Assembly: GCA_028534125.1 (NCBI GenBank)
Contig: CM052832.1
Span: forward strand, 23,996,001-24,060,000
DNA from: Lama glama
Taxonomy: Eukaryota
DNA: 64,000 nucleotides
Direction: 5' to 3'
Positions 28,000-42,244 of this stretch are shown piece by piece; position 1 is the stretch's first letter; each line of letters begins with the position of its first letter. Position numbers and translations under genes: made by a program. The notes under the pieces were generated by a model. The model ran no database searches and had not been told where the DNA came from. It was given only the letters and a program-made list of their open reading frames with translations.

Positions 28000-28700
28000 T
28001 CCACTGAAGAAATATTTACATGGCATGTATTGTGTGCCATTCACTTTCCAAGGTACAAAAATGCAACCACAGTCAAGACAGACCCATCCTCTGCCCTGTT
28101 CAAACTGACACATCGGGTGGTGAAGATGGAAATGCGTCAGATGATTCCTACAGAGTGTGGTAAGTGCGACACTGAGTAATCCGGGCTGCCAAAAGCCAAC
28201 TATGAGAGAGGGGACCCCACCCAGATCAGGGGGTTTGAAGGAAGTGGTGTCTGAGTGGGGACATGGAAAACAAGAAGCCAAGTCAAATCAAGCAGTGAGA
28301 AGGGAGAAGGGAAGCAGGGAACAGCATGTGCAAAGACCCAGAGGCTAGGGAGAGTGTGCTGAGTTTCAGGACCTGGAAGTTCAGTGGGAGCAAACTATGA
28401 AAGCTGAGAGCCCTACCAGTGACAAAAAGAAGTCTGGACTCTATCTTGACCATAAAAGGGAGCCAACAAAGGGTTTAAGCAAAAGGTTATTGAATAAATA
28501 TTGAGAAGACGGTTGTAGTAATCCAGCTGAATGATGGTCAGGTGGTCTGATGTAGGTAATACAGGGAATACTAGGGGAAGGATGAAAAGGGGTGCGAGAT
28601 CTTTATAGAATGTCGACTCCTAAGACCTGATAATTGATTGTGTGGATGTAAGGGACAGAGAAGAACCACAGTATGAGTCCAATAAGATGAGGGCCAGGAA
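28000..28700 (-). mobile_element. LINE-2 fragment
   Basis: gggaacagcatgtgcaaagacccagaggc; agggagccaacaaagggtttaagc. Confidence 0.65.
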
Positions 28701-28899
28701 ACTCCCCAGGCACTAGCATCACAGCCCCCTCTCAGCTTACCCGCTCCCTCCCCCGGGCCTCCTCCCACCGCAGCCCCAATTAAAGTTCTTCTTTTCTCAT
28801 GTGAAGAAAATTCCACACCTCACTTAATTCCGAGAAGTGGATATTGCTTCCCTAAGCTATATGGGTAAGACTGTAATACAACCAAATTTAGGCTATTGC

Positions 28900-28905
28900 T
28901 TTAAT
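28900..28905 (-). terminator. Candidate proximal polyadenylation signal (ATTAAA) for STMND1
   Basis: Plus-strand tttaat reads ATTAAA on the minus strand, about 450 nt after the stop, followed by TG-rich sequence (atttggttgtatt). Motif evidence only. Confidence 0.35.
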
Positions 28906-29351
28906 CACAACACAAAGAGAATTAAAAAAAAAAAACCACACATACAGCACAAGAAGCATACAGACCATTAAAATAGAACAAGTCCATACAATTTGTCTTA
29001 AAGGACCCTCGGATGGCAGGAACAAAAAAAGGATTTCATTTGGCACAAACACAAGCTGAAAGGCGCTCACAAGTTGAAGACATTTTCACAATGTCTGAGG
29101 CCACACTGAAGGAGAGTGACAACTTTATAAAGGGGAGGCTAGTCATAGCTTCTTTCTTAAAAAAAACTGCATAGCCATTGAGTTTACTCAGCTAAGTGCC
29201 AGCGCACGGAGCTCACACAGTCATTTCTAAGTCCACCGCACATCCCAGTGGGCGAGGGGTGAGGCATTCAAAGAGAACATGACACAGACTAAGAATGTCA
29301 CACCTGGGGAGAACTGGGTGCCTTTTCATGAAATTCATATAAAACGTCTCA

Positions 29352-29690
<339 letters not shown>

Positions 29691-30308
29691 TCATGAGTAC
29701 TGCCTTTAATGAACATTCCTGGCTTCTCTAGTTGGTTATTCAGTCATTTAACAAACAGATGTTGGGGAATTACTGTTGAAAGAGACAGACATCCTCCCCC
29801 ACGCCCACTGGAGCTACGGCCTCGTCCTTGCCCTCCCAGAGGCCAAGCAGAGAGATGGAGGTAGAGGCTGTCAGACCAAAGCTGTGAAGGCTGGTTCCTG
29901 AAATGGTTGGTGAAGGTTATTATGGGGACCATGTGCGTGAATGCTGCAAAAGTTGTCTGAGCGTTTGTGCAGACTGCCCTCAGCTCCCACCCTCCACCTG
30001 GGGACCTCCTGCCATCTCTGGCCCCGTAGAAGTTTCTCTTTTTTCATGGGAAGAAAACTCCCTACTTAATTCTCAGAATTGGATATTGCTTCCCTAGGCT
30101 ACACAGAAGAAACTGTAATTCCACCAACTTCAAGATAGTTGCTTCATTTCTTCCCCCACACAAATAAAACTTATCGAGAAATTAAACATACAGCATTGGC
30201 AGCATATAGATCACTAAAATAACTGCTGCAAATCCATGCATTCTGCCTGAAAGCTGCCGACTGCAGAGGCTGGAGCACATGAGCTCATCGCCTGGGCAGC
30301 GCGCCTCA

Positions 30309-30473
<165 letters not shown>

Positions 30474-30551
30474 TTAAATGGAGAAACAAATGTATTCACT
30501 GGCAGAGGAGAAAGAAGAGAGAGAATAAATATTGCTTAAGATGTTAGTCCT

Positions 30552-30840
30552 GATAAACAATGAGTTTCTTCTGTCTAGCACAGGGAACTATATTCAATAT
30601 CTTGTAGTAACCTATAATGAAAAAGAATGTATGTATGTATGTGTATGACTGAAACATTAGGCTGTACACCAGAAACTGACACAACATTGTAAACTGACTG
30701 TATTTCAATAAAATTAAAAAATGAATAGATAAATACATAAATATAGTCCTCATCTCCCCACCCCCCTCAAAAACAGTACATGAGATGTTGAGGTTGATAT
30801 GATTGTAAATGTCACCTATGTCACTCCAAGGTAAAAAAAA
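30552..30840 (+). mobile_element. 5'-truncated L1 with extra 3' segment, within a perfect 14-bp target-site duplication
   Basis: aagatgttagtcct at both 30538-30551 and 30841-30854. L1 3' UTR sequence runs to ~30720, then ~110 bp of other sequence and a second A tail. Confidence 0.88.
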
Positions 30841-31439
30841 AAGATGTTAGTCCTAAAAATCTAAACAGATTTTTGGGCAGACTTTAAAACCATGGTGTGA
30901 CCACTGTTCACAGACCAAACTCATTCCTAAAGAGTTAATTCCTGGTAACAACAGAACTCATTCCTAAAGAAACAAATATCTATTGGATGTCTAGGAAAAA
31001 AGAGGCTATTATCAAAAAACATGAAAAAAATACAGAGATGGAGGAGAGCTCGTAAGAAGAAAAAATAAAAAACATGGAGAATGAATATAAGATGGGAAAA
31101 GGTGGTGAATGAATGATGAATTTGTAGTTCAAGGTAAAAAGTTAAACCTCATGATTTTATAATAGTCCACAAGCTACAAATGATTTTCATTTGGGATCAA
31201 GACTAGTTTTAGGGCTTTTGGTCTTGTGGAGGTGAGAATTAATAATCACTGATGTGGCCTGGAACCAAACTTGCAGTATCTTCGATGAGGTACTCCCGTA
31301 CTGTTCTAGGTAACTTCTCTAAAGACTTTTACAGACACAGGAGGAATTGACATTCATTGTAATCTCTGAAAGACCGTTTCTTCAGATTGCAATGCTGTAG
31401 TTACTGAGAAAATAAATCACACAAAGAGAGACAGTCCAG

Positions 31440-31600
31440 CATTGCAGAAAAGGGCACCAGATCTGAACTCACACAGCCCTGGGTTTGAATCCTGGCTCAG
31501 TCACGGTGTGGCCTTGCATGAATTCTTAAACTCTGTAAGCCTCTCTTCCTCATTTGTCAAATAGGTTTAATAGCATTTATTTCACAGGATTTAAAGAAAA
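31440..31600 (+). mobile_element. MIR
   Basis: ccctgggtttgaatcctggctc...ctctgtaagcctctcttcctcatttgtcaaatagg. Confidence 0.7.
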
Positions 31601-32761
31601 AAGGAAAGTATACAGTAGCCACTTGGGAAACGGTAATTCCTTTTCATCCAGTGAAAGCAGTGACTTTTTTCAGTGACAGTGCACAGAATCATAACCAAAT
31701 ACAGTATTTGTCATGAAGGGGAGAAATGAGCCTCAGAATCACGGGGCCAGCAGGCAGGAGCGCTGGGCTTTATTTAATCCCGGGCCTTCCACAAATACCC
31801 GCTGTGTGACCTGACACAAAGCACTTCTCTTTGGGCTCATTTTTCTCAAAATTATACCATCGCCACTGCTTTGCAATTTGCTGAGGACGGCGAAGCTTCC
31901 CTCCAGCTTTAAAATCTATGATTCTTGGAAAACCTCTTAAAGTGAAAACATTTATTAAAGTTTGGGCTCAGTTACAGCCTTCAGACAGTTTTATGTGGTA
32001 AGAAGTTGTTCACTACAGGAAAACTGGGAGATGTTTGTCAAAGCAAGTCCACCCTCCCCCATCATTCTATTATTTTTATGACAGTTGGCTCTTAGGCTCT
32101 TGCTGGCAAGAGCCTTCTGCTAACAAGAGGGACGCACTTGCTACGGCTCAACTAGAGAGACTGTGAAATTAGTGCGAAACACGGAACAGTTTTTTTAGGG
32201 AAATTCACTCCTAGAGGCTAAAAGAGGACAGAATAGTCGTCTAAGATCCAGACAAGAAAGGCTCTACCAGGCTTACCTAGGAGTCTGAACCTTCACTAAA
32301 ATGATGAGATCAGTAGCTCCAAGAGAACTTGGGATTCCCGGTTTGCGTGGACGCTTTCTATGGCTTTACCCCCAAAACGATGCCTAAGAAGTCATGTACT
32401 TCCTCCCCAGGCGGAAGTTAATCCTGCATGTGCAGCCCTTGTCCTTTGTGAAGTCTGACATTTTAAGGAAAAGTATTGAAAAACCTGGGGAACAATATCT
32501 GTATTCTTTACCACTGGATTTTATAAAGTCAGGATTTATCAACTGTTGGTACTTAAAAATGATAGCAATGATCACATTATGTGCAGAGAGGTGCTACCCA
32601 TAGAAACTCTAAAAAAATAACAAAAAAACCTTAAAACCTATGGAAGTTACTAGTTCAATTATTTTCTTTAAGAACACGATCAGAGGATGCCATGCCCAAA
32701 GATGCTGCGATAAGACTGGGGTCTTGTTTCTAGCCAAACTAACGTGTATACTACGTTAGTT

Positions 32762-33025
32762 CTTTTTTTTTTTTTAACTGAAGTATGGTCAGTTACAGTG
32801 TGTCAGTTTCTGGTGTACAGCACAGTGTCCCAGTCATACATATACATACATATATTCATTTTCATATTCTTTTTCATTAAAGGTTATTATAAGATATTGA
32901 ATATAGTTCCCTGTGCTATACAGAAGAAATTTTTAATCTATTTTTATATATAGTAGTAAATATTTGCAAATCTCAAACTCCCAAATTTATCCCTCCCACC
33001 CGCTTTCCGCCTGGTAACCATAAGA
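32762..33025 (-). mobile_element. Camelid-type L1 3' end
   Basis: Poly-T then aactgaagtatggtcagttacagtgtgtc. Same family as 10329-10665. Confidence 0.85.
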
Positions 33026-34625
33026 TTACATTCATTCTTGCATCCACTGTGTATTCCTCAGAGCTTTCCTCGTTAACCCACAGATAAACCTACCTTGGCT
33101 GTGCTCTCTTAATGGGAGTCTTGTGCATAGAATAAGCCAAAGTTTCTCACAAGAGGTCTCATTCCTGCTCTGTCACTGTTAGAGTTCCTAAGACGGTCAC
33201 TCTGAGTGTTAACTGCCTTTATTCAGTTTTCACCCAGCCAATGTCTTCCTCCTTAAAAAACTCCCGTGAGGTTCAACAAATAGTGTTAGAGGCTCTGATT
33301 CAATGTGAACAAACTCCCTAACTACATTAAAGGTTATCAAGTACAGAAGTCGCCTGGAGAAGGGAATAAACTTGGACCAGAGGCAGGAGGCATCGACAGA
33401 GAATTGAGAATCTTGTGGAGGGAGACCCAGGACAGGAGAAATGAGTCTGGGATAAAGGACACCTAAAGTGGATAACACCTATGTGGATAAGTGAGAGCCA
33501 GTCCCATCTCTTTAAAGAGATGTGTACCAATCCATACACATAATTACATGTGTATATGAAACCAACATATGTAACACAGCCACTGGAGTCTCATCAGAAT
33601 GTTTTAAAATACATTCGAAGATTCACTTAGTCTGATAAGGTAGCTTCTTAATATTATATTTTTTACACATCATTATGATTCTTTCTGAGTGAGCATAACA
33701 CCTATTAGCATGAAGATGCTTTCAGGTAGGTTATCCAGAGTGGCTCTGGAATTGCTGTCATCTTTGTCAAAAAGCAGATAATGAAAAAATAAAGGGAAAA
33801 AATGGTATTTTAATTTTACCACAATAAAAAAAAAAAGAAAGAAAAAAGACCATGGGGGGAGGTGCTGAGGACACAGAAACTGCCGTGGATTTCTAGGAAG
33901 AGACTGGCTCACACGGGACCCTCCCCCTTTTCATCATCTTCTATTAGTTTCACTCCAAATGATAACTAAATTAAAGATGACAACCTGGCTACTAAGGGGA
34001 AAGATCTACGTCTAAAATTCCCTTGTATTTCAGTATACTGTTGGTCTACGTAAGAAGCTTTGTTTTTAAAGTATTCTCACATTTATTGATCTGTTTTTTC
34101 CCATCATATTTTAAGGTTTTTTTTTGAGCAATGAAGAAATGGTCTTCCCATGTCTGACTGGACTCATCACATCGTAGTACCTGCTGACATTAACATCTCT
34201 TTTTTGATCATTTCCCTTTTGTTTCCTTTGGCTCTTTGTTTCTTAGTCAAAAGTATTCACTGTCTCATAGTATTTCCATTCTTTATACGGTTCCCCTCTC
34301 AGTCCTTGAATATTCACTCTCATCTTATACCATTGGCCTCAGAACTTTCTTTCAAATATTCAAGACATCTGGTGTCCAGCACACACGTTCACAGCTACAC
34401 CTGGACTGAATGAGACTTCACCTGTGACGCTGAGCAGGTACGTCTCGTCTTCATTTCCATACGTTTCCTGGGTGTAACCTCAGCTCTCTACTGAAAATAT
34501 GGGATATTTTCAGGGGTATTTTCGGACCCTATTTTGGGGGAGATTTCAGTTTCAAAAGTGTTATCCCTTCCCAGCTTTGTAATGAATCTGGGGGCTTGGT
34601 GGACATTTTTATTGAAATTTCATGG

Positions 34626-34790
34626 CAGTGGTTCTCACAGCCTAGGCTGCCCACGGGAATCAGCTGGGAGCTTTCAGAAGCACCACATTCTGGGCCCACC
34701 TCCAGCCACTGGTGCCAGGTGGGGAGTGGGCACCAGGAGTTTTGAAAGCTTCCTGGGTGATGCAAATGTGCAGGTTAAGGACCACTGCAC
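34626..34790. mobile_element. MER5A-like hAT MITE
   Basis: cagtggttctc...gcttcctgggtgatgcaaatgtgcag...ggaccactg. Confidence 0.7.
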
Positions 34791-35933
34791 TGGGCAATCC
34801 AATGCACAGCTGTGCGTTGTGGCTCAGGTCTGTTGCAAGTCTGGCTTATGTTGGACATCCTGGCCCAATTCCAAAAAAAAAAAGAAAGAAAGAAAAGAAA
34901 AAAGAATTGTGTTATTCTTGCCTACTTCTGCAGGCCTGTCGCATTTAAATACTTTCGAGAACAGTTCAGCTATGCTCCTGACAACCATTCCGTCTCTACA
35001 TAATGCGGACACAGCCTTCATCTTTGGCTCTCTTCAGGATGTTACTGAGAGTCAAGCCCGTAGTTCTCATTTTTTAATAGATAAGTTCCTTTCACGATGT
35101 AGCTTATATTAATTAACCTTGCTGGTGCCCTTGTGAGATCTGAGTCTGAACTCATTCATCTCTGGCGTCTGAATTACTGAAAAAAAAATTTTAATGCTAC
35201 TCCCTCTGGTGTGAGCATCAAAGTTCCATAGCATCTCCCTGAAGAAGGCCTTGCTTAGCTCCTGAACAATTTCACAATCTGTCCTCCTCCAGATGGCTCT
35301 CCTGTCTTTTCTCTTTGACACACCTTTTCTTTTCTGACCCCTTGAGATTCACCTACAGCAAGAAAAAAAAATCTCTCTCGCCCTTTCCATATTAAAGAGG
35401 CACCCTTCTTTTAGCACTTTGAAGCAAGATAAGGTGCTCTGAACCGCCTTGTATTGTGATGGCTACCCTTGGGCAAATGCAGGTTGTCATCCTGCTGGCA
35501 TCATCTGTTCCATTATAAGGTCCATTTTTAGCCTCCCCTTGTCCCCCACTTCCTTTTATTATTGGCAGCCTGATAATATTATAAGCCTTATATAATAAGG
35601 CTTAACAATCTCCTTCTTTTTGCCAAATACTTTCTGCAGGACTTGTTTTTCCTTCTTCAAAAGAAAATACCACTTTGGCTTTTATTCACGAGTTCTCAAT
35701 GTGTCCTACACACAGCGAAAGAAATTACCTTTATTCAAACAGTAAGTGACTGGGGCTGGATGGCAAACTTGATTTAAATAATGAATCCTTTCATACACAA
35801 TTGATTGTTTTCCCTACAAAACTGGGGACTGGCTGCCATGGAGGCACCTTTGATATAATTTCTGGTCTCTATTGCCACCATTTCTTTCTTTCTTTTCTTT
35901 CCCATTCATTTTCCCTTAGCCTTCATTTCAGTT

Positions 35934-36078
35934 CTTTTTTTTTTCTTAATTAAAAAAAATTTTTATAGGGGGAGGTAATTAGTTTATTTAGTTATTTATA
36001 AAATGGCGATACTGGGGGTTGAACCCAGGACCTCATGCATGCAAAGCACATGCTCTACCACTGAGCTATACTCTCCCC
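35934..36078 (-). mobile_element. tRNA-derived SINE (camelid vic-1-like)
   Basis: Minus strand ggggagagtatagctcagtggtagag (A box)...gggttcaacccc (B box)...ctaattacctccccc plus A tail. Confidence 0.85.
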
Positions 36079-36805
36079 TCCTTGGTTATTTCTTCTTTTC
36101 ATCTTCTTTCCTCTGTCTCTACTTTAGGACAACTGGTACTGCTGGGGAGCATTGGCTTAAAACAGACAAACAAACAAACAAAAACAAAACAAAATGATGA
36201 CAAACCCCCTGTCCTCTTCACAGGTTCACATAGAATTTATTTAAAAATTAAGACCTCAAGACTTTGGCCACAACCAGCTAAAATCAAACTAAAAATACTG
36301 CTCACACGACAGAAAAACAATGACAGATTAGTCAAGATGAATCAGTGAAGAAAAATAAGAGTCTAATAATTTCTGTAATTTCATTTATCTCCTCATGGTT
36401 GACCTCGGGGTGTTTATATACATGTGTAAGCATATCCGTTTTAGCTTTGGCATTTAGACCTATTTTCTTATTGGATAACTCAGAGGTCAGTTTTATATTC
36501 ACATGCCTAGTACATAAGCAATTCTTTAATAAAAATTGCTGAAAGAAGGAAGGCCTTTTATTCCATGGGGCTTTTTGTGTCTCAAATTTGGTAAAACCCA
36601 AGATATATTTTATTGCATTCATTAATCATTAATGACCAGGCAATTCCTGAAACTATAAGAGAAGGATGGTATGCAGAGGGGCGGGGGAGTTTATGGAAGA
36701 AAACACTGGCTTAGATAAAGGCTGTGCTCTGTATTGTGACTCTCAGATGCATATTGCTGGAAAAAATAACTTGTGATCAGTCATACTCTATTGCTATTTT
36801 AACTA

Positions 36806-37045
<240 letters not shown>

Positions 37046-37951
37046 TCAAATGCTAAATACATGCCTTATCAATCATGCTCATTAATTAATTCTTAGTCTC
37101 AACACTCGCACCTAAGTGTCTGTTTCTATTACTAGTCTTTATAATCCTTTGAAGTTCGAATCCTTAATGTTCTTACAGAGGATACACATCAACACAATAC
37201 ACTGTTTACTTAGCAGGTCAAATAGTAACACAACAAGAAGTCTTTCATGTACTGTTATGTACTACTTTTTTGTTGTAACAACACTTGTACACTTGGGTAC
37301 AATTACATGGGTTCCATGGAAGAATTATGAAGCTAAACCACAGCTAAGAATGAGATAGTCTTTCAGTGACTCTGATGAGTTGCAGTTTGGTTTCTATGCT
37401 TTGTATACAAAGGATAAACAGTGTGATGTTGCCAAGAGACTTCCAGTTCTGCAACCCTGAGTTTACAATTACGCCATCCGCTAAATCTATGTCAGTAAAA
37501 GTATGCCTTTTTGAAAAGACTCTTTGAACCAAATCTGAATTTGAGTCAAGTGATAGCTAAATTTTTGTTAGTGATTCTAAAAATGGCACTGAAACAGTTT
37601 ATAGGGGAGCTTTTGTAAACGGCACTAATGAGAGAGACCGCCCCCATTACAAGTCACACAATTACATAAATAAGCAAACAAGTGTCCATTTTTCACAACC
37701 TCATAAAATACAGGTGTAATGAGGAATCCTCAGAAATGAGCTCTCCTCTATTTTGTAATCATCTGGAAGTCCTGAGAGTAAGAAATCCATTCCATCTGGT
37801 GGATGGAGACTTTTTATGAAAATTTCTAACCTCGCTGGTTCACAAAGACAGTTTTCATGAATTTGTAGCGGGAAAATAGGACACGCGCACACACACAAAC
37901 CAGGTATCTCTCACTTTAGAACATTAACCTTCCTGGCATCAGAGACTTCTC

Positions 37952-38078
37952 GGGGGGGAGGGTATAGCTCAAAGAGGTAGAGCACATGCTTAGCAGGCAC
38001 AGTCCTAGGTTCAATCCCCAGTATCTCCATTAAAATAAACAAACAAACAAACCTAATTATCTCCCCCAAAGGGAAAAA
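37952..38078 (+). mobile_element. tRNA-derived SINE (camelid vic-1-like)
   Basis: ggggagggtatagctcaaagaggtagag...ggttcaatcccc...cctaattatctccccc. Confidence 0.85.
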
Positions 38079-38129
38079 AGTGATAATAAAAATTAAAATA
38101 ATTTTTAAAAGCTACTAGTAAAAAGAAAA

Positions 38130-39005
38130 TAAGTATAAAAAGTGAAGTCATACAAAAAAAATGAGTAGATTCAACTTTAACTTTGGTGTAGGGAAAGGCT
38201 TTCTAGCTATGTCTCAAAATCCAGATTCAAAAGAAAGAAAAGATTGATAAATTTTACTCCATTAAAAAAAAAAAAACTTTAGAAAGGCAAAAAAAAAAAA
38301 ACCAAACCCTAAAAACCCAAATCCACAATAAAAGTCAAAAATACATATCAGATACCTCCTGATTTGATGTACTAAACAGGATGCAATATCATTTTTAGTA
38401 TTCTGGGTAAAAATGCACAACTTGAACTTAACCATAAGGAAATATCAGATAAACCCAAACTGAGGAACATTCTACAAAATAAATGGCCTATATCTCCAAA
38501 TATATCAAGGTTTTAAAAGACAAAAGTCAAAGGATTGTTCCAGATTAAAGGGAACTAAAGCCACTTGCCAACTATATTAAACACATGAACTTGCATTAGA
38601 TCTTGAACCAGGAATGTATTTATAAAGGACATTTGTGAGACGACTGACATTTGAATAGGAGAGAGAACAGTACTGCATCCGTGGTAACTGCCTGATTTTT
38701 GATCAGTGGTAATTGTCGGATTTTGAGCCATTTTGCAAAGATTGTCCTTGTTTTTGGGAAATGCACACTGATATGTTTAGGAGTAAAGTATCATTATGTC
38801 TGTGACTTACTCTCAGAAAAAATACAGTTGTGTATGGGAGAAGTGGGGGAGAGGGGAGGGGGAGGGAGGAGGAGATGATGAGAACGCCAGTGTGGTCCAA
38901 TGTTCACATTTGGGGAATCCGGGTGGAAGAAGACAGGCATTCTTTGTTCTGGGTGGCTTTTCTTATCTGAAACCATTCAAGATCAGAACTTTTGTTTAAA
39001 TAAAA
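38130..39005 (+). mobile_element. Old L1 3' fragments
   Basis: aaacccaaactgaggaacattctacaaaataaatggcct; gtccttgtttttgggaaatgcacactga. Confidence 0.65.
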
Positions 39006-39573
39006 GGATATACTTGGGAAATGGCAGTGTGAAACTTGAAATGAGTAACAAACTCTATAGCTCTGAAGAGCAATGATACAGAGAGAAAACAGAGAGGAAA
39101 CTGGGCAGAGAACAAATAGAAACTTCAGGGCATTAGTTCCTACTTATTCAGTGCTAAGATGATTCCTGAAAATGAATTTGCACTACATTATGAAAACACC
39201 TGCTTCGATAGTTCAGTCCCTCCCCAGCTGGGTTCTCTTAGCTCCAACCTGCTGATCTGGGGCCCTCCCTCCCCAAAGTGCTTCCAATAGCATACAGATG
39301 GCAGGACTGCCTCTCCGAGGGTGTCCAGGTCCCTGTCCGCCTGACAGTCAGTAGTCTGTTAACACATGGACGTTAAGCACTCGTGTTGCAGTCCAGGAGC
39401 CCTCTTCATCAACAGAAGTATCAGAGGAAAAGACATGCGTGCTGGCCCAACCCGGGGAGGGAGGAGAGGGAGGAGCCGTCCCTGCACTGCATCCCTGAGC
39501 TCCTCCCTCATCCTCAGAGGTCATGTCTACACCCTATCAGAAGCACGAGATGAGGGCGAATATGAAATTCGTA

Positions 39574-39970
39574 TGGATCTAGAGAAGAGTATGTGTAGGG
39601 ACGTAAGTCAGACAGAGAAGGACAAATATTGTACAATATCACTTATATGTGGAATCTGAAAAACAACACAAATGAATGTATACACAAAGCAGAAGCAGGC
39701 TCACAGATATAGAAGACACCAGAGTGGTCACCGAAGGGGAGAGAGAAGGGTTGAGGGGCAAGATAGGGGCAGGTGTTTAAGAGCTACAAACTACTGTGTA
39801 TAAAACAGATAAGCAATGAGGATGTCCTACACAGCACAGAGAATTACAGCCATTACCTTGTAATAGCTTGTAATGGAGTATAATCTGTAAAAATACTGAA
39901 TCTGTACACTGTGTCCCTGAAACTAATAAAATGTTGTAAATCAATTATTCTTCAACTAAAAAAATAAAAT
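39574..39970 (+). mobile_element. L1 3' end
   Basis: gtaagtcagacagagaaggacaaatattg...cacttatatgtggaatct...A tail. Confidence 0.82.
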
Positions 39971-40716
39971 GGGCAATAAAAAAAGAACTTTGTGATAACC
40001 CAAGTTGCCACGGAAGTCCAAGAAAAAGAATCTCACTTATTAAGCCACTTGTTTTCCAACTCTAAGTTACACCTAAGGAAGAAACTATGATGAGGAGTGA
40101 AATGAAAGCTTTCTCCCCAAACAGAACAGAGTACTTTTCCTTGAAGTCTGTTAAGTTCAATTTGTTTCAAACGCTGAGGAAATGCAAACAAGAGCTCTTA
40201 ACAGCAGAAGGGTAACTCAGGTAAAGTGAACACACACCCTGGGGAAAACCACAAATAGCTTCTAAAGAACACACCAGGACATAATCACATCTTTCATGTT
40301 TTTGAAAGATATTTTTATTATATATTTTCTGATAAGTTTGAATGGGGAGAGACAGGAGAAACTGTTTGATGTAGGTTTTATTTTTATTTTTCCAAATGCA
40401 GAAATTTCCCTTGGAAAGATGTTAGTGTAGTGAAATTTAGAGGAATTTAACTAAAGCCTCCTATCCCTAAGGCCTAGCCCAAGCACCCATAAGGGCTCTT
40501 AGTTTTTTTTTTTTAAAAAGAGATGGCTTTAATTATTTCATTGACAAGAAGATTAATGGTTAGTATTATTTATTCACATAATTAAGGTCTGTGGCTAAAT
40601 CCTAATGTCTCAGAGAGAGGGACCCCACCATTAAAGCATCACCTGACACAAGCTATGAAAAGAGTCGCCAAACACATTATAAAATATATTTGAGAAATAG
40701 TATTTTATAGAGATCA

Positions 40717-40995
<279 letters not shown>

Positions 40996-41010
40996 TTAGC
41001 CAACTAGTGT

Positions 41011-41492
41011 CTGTGGCAGGCTTGAAGAGTACCCAGCAGCCTGTGGATGTGACCTTGCATGGCAAAAGGGACTTTGAAGATGTGCTTAAATTAAAGACCG
41101 TGTGATGGCAAGATATCCCCTGTTATTCAGGTGGGCTCCAAATGCAAGCATAGGTTTCCTTACAAGAGGGAGGTAGAGGGAGACTGACTACAGAGAAGGA
41201 GATGGCGGTGTGATGACCGAGGCAGGGACAAATCTGAAGATGCTGCAGTGCCAACGATGAAGATGCAGGAAGGACCACCAGCCAAGGAATGAAAGGAATG
41301 CAGCCTTAGCAGCTGGAAAAGGATCCTCTCCTCAGAGCCTCTGAAAGGAAGCAGCCCTGCAAACATCTTGACTTTCACCCAGTGGAACCAATTTTAGACT
41401 TCTGACCTCCAGAACTATGAGAGAATAAAATTGTGTTATTTTAAGCCACTAAACTTACGTTTATTTGTTATAGCAACAGTAGAAAACTGACC
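41011..41492 (+). mobile_element. MaLR LTR (MLT1D-like)
   Basis: tgtggcaggc...ggcaaaagggactttgaagatgtg...gacttctgacctccagaact...ttgttatagcaacagtagaaaact. Confidence 0.85.
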
Positions 41493-41698
41493 TAGTGACT
41501 AATATGAACCCACCAGGTACAGACAACTATGCTGAGCTTTCTGAAGGGCACCAAGGTGCAGAAGTTCAACCATCAAATACGAAAAGTAAAAAGACCACTG
41601 TGTATTAAAGTTTTTTTAATGAAACCACCTTGACTGTTTTTGCAGATGAAATAATTAATATGGACTCGTACAAATAATTAAATAAAACAGAAAAAATT

Positions 41699-42125
41699 TG
41701 TAATGATCAGTTTCATGGGTCAGCTGAGCTCGGTTATCGTAGCCAGTTATTCAATCAAACACTAATTTAGGCTTTGCTGTGATGGTTTTTAGTAGGTGTG
41801 CTTAACATCTACCATTAGTTGATTTTAAGTAAAGGAAACGATCCTCAGTGATCTGGGTGGGCCTCATCCAATCAGTTGAAAGTCTTAGAGCAGAACTGAG
41901 GTTTCCCTGAGGGAGAAGGAATTCTGTGGATGCAGTTTAAGCTCCAGCCCATCCTTTCTGACCACCCATTCTATTGTATGGATTTTAGACTTGCTTTGTC
42001 AGCCCCCAGAATTGTATAAGCCAATTCCTTGTAAAACTTGTAAAACATCTATATATCTATCCACTCACCATCCATCCATCCTTCATACTGGTTCTTGGAT
42101 CCTTTGGTAAAACCCTGACTGACAC
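41699..42125 (+). mobile_element. ERVL LTR (MLT2-like)
   Basis: tgtaatgatcagtttcatgggtcagct...gggtgggcctcatccaatcagttgaa...accctgactgacaca. Confidence 0.82.
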
Positions 42126-42244
42126 AGAAACACAGTAGAAAATAAGAAATACCATTCCCTGGACAGAAGCACTACTAACATCTTAGCATATAACTTCCCA
42201 GATGTGTTTGATCATGTAAATATAACCTTTAAAAATAAACTGGA

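Noticed and set aside
34534..35112. 192-aa ORF
   Set aside because: Antisense within an STMND1 intron. It runs through a MER5A-like element and an A-rich tract, with no recognisable homology.
35582..35604. 10-bp perfect hairpin taagccttat-ata-ataaggctta
   Set aside because: Short and AT-rich, too small for a pre-miRNA and plausible by chance.
35980..36078. tRNA-like sequence (also 37952-38030)
   Set aside because: A and B boxes are followed by a shared non-tRNA tail and an A-rich end. These are SINEs, not tRNA genes.
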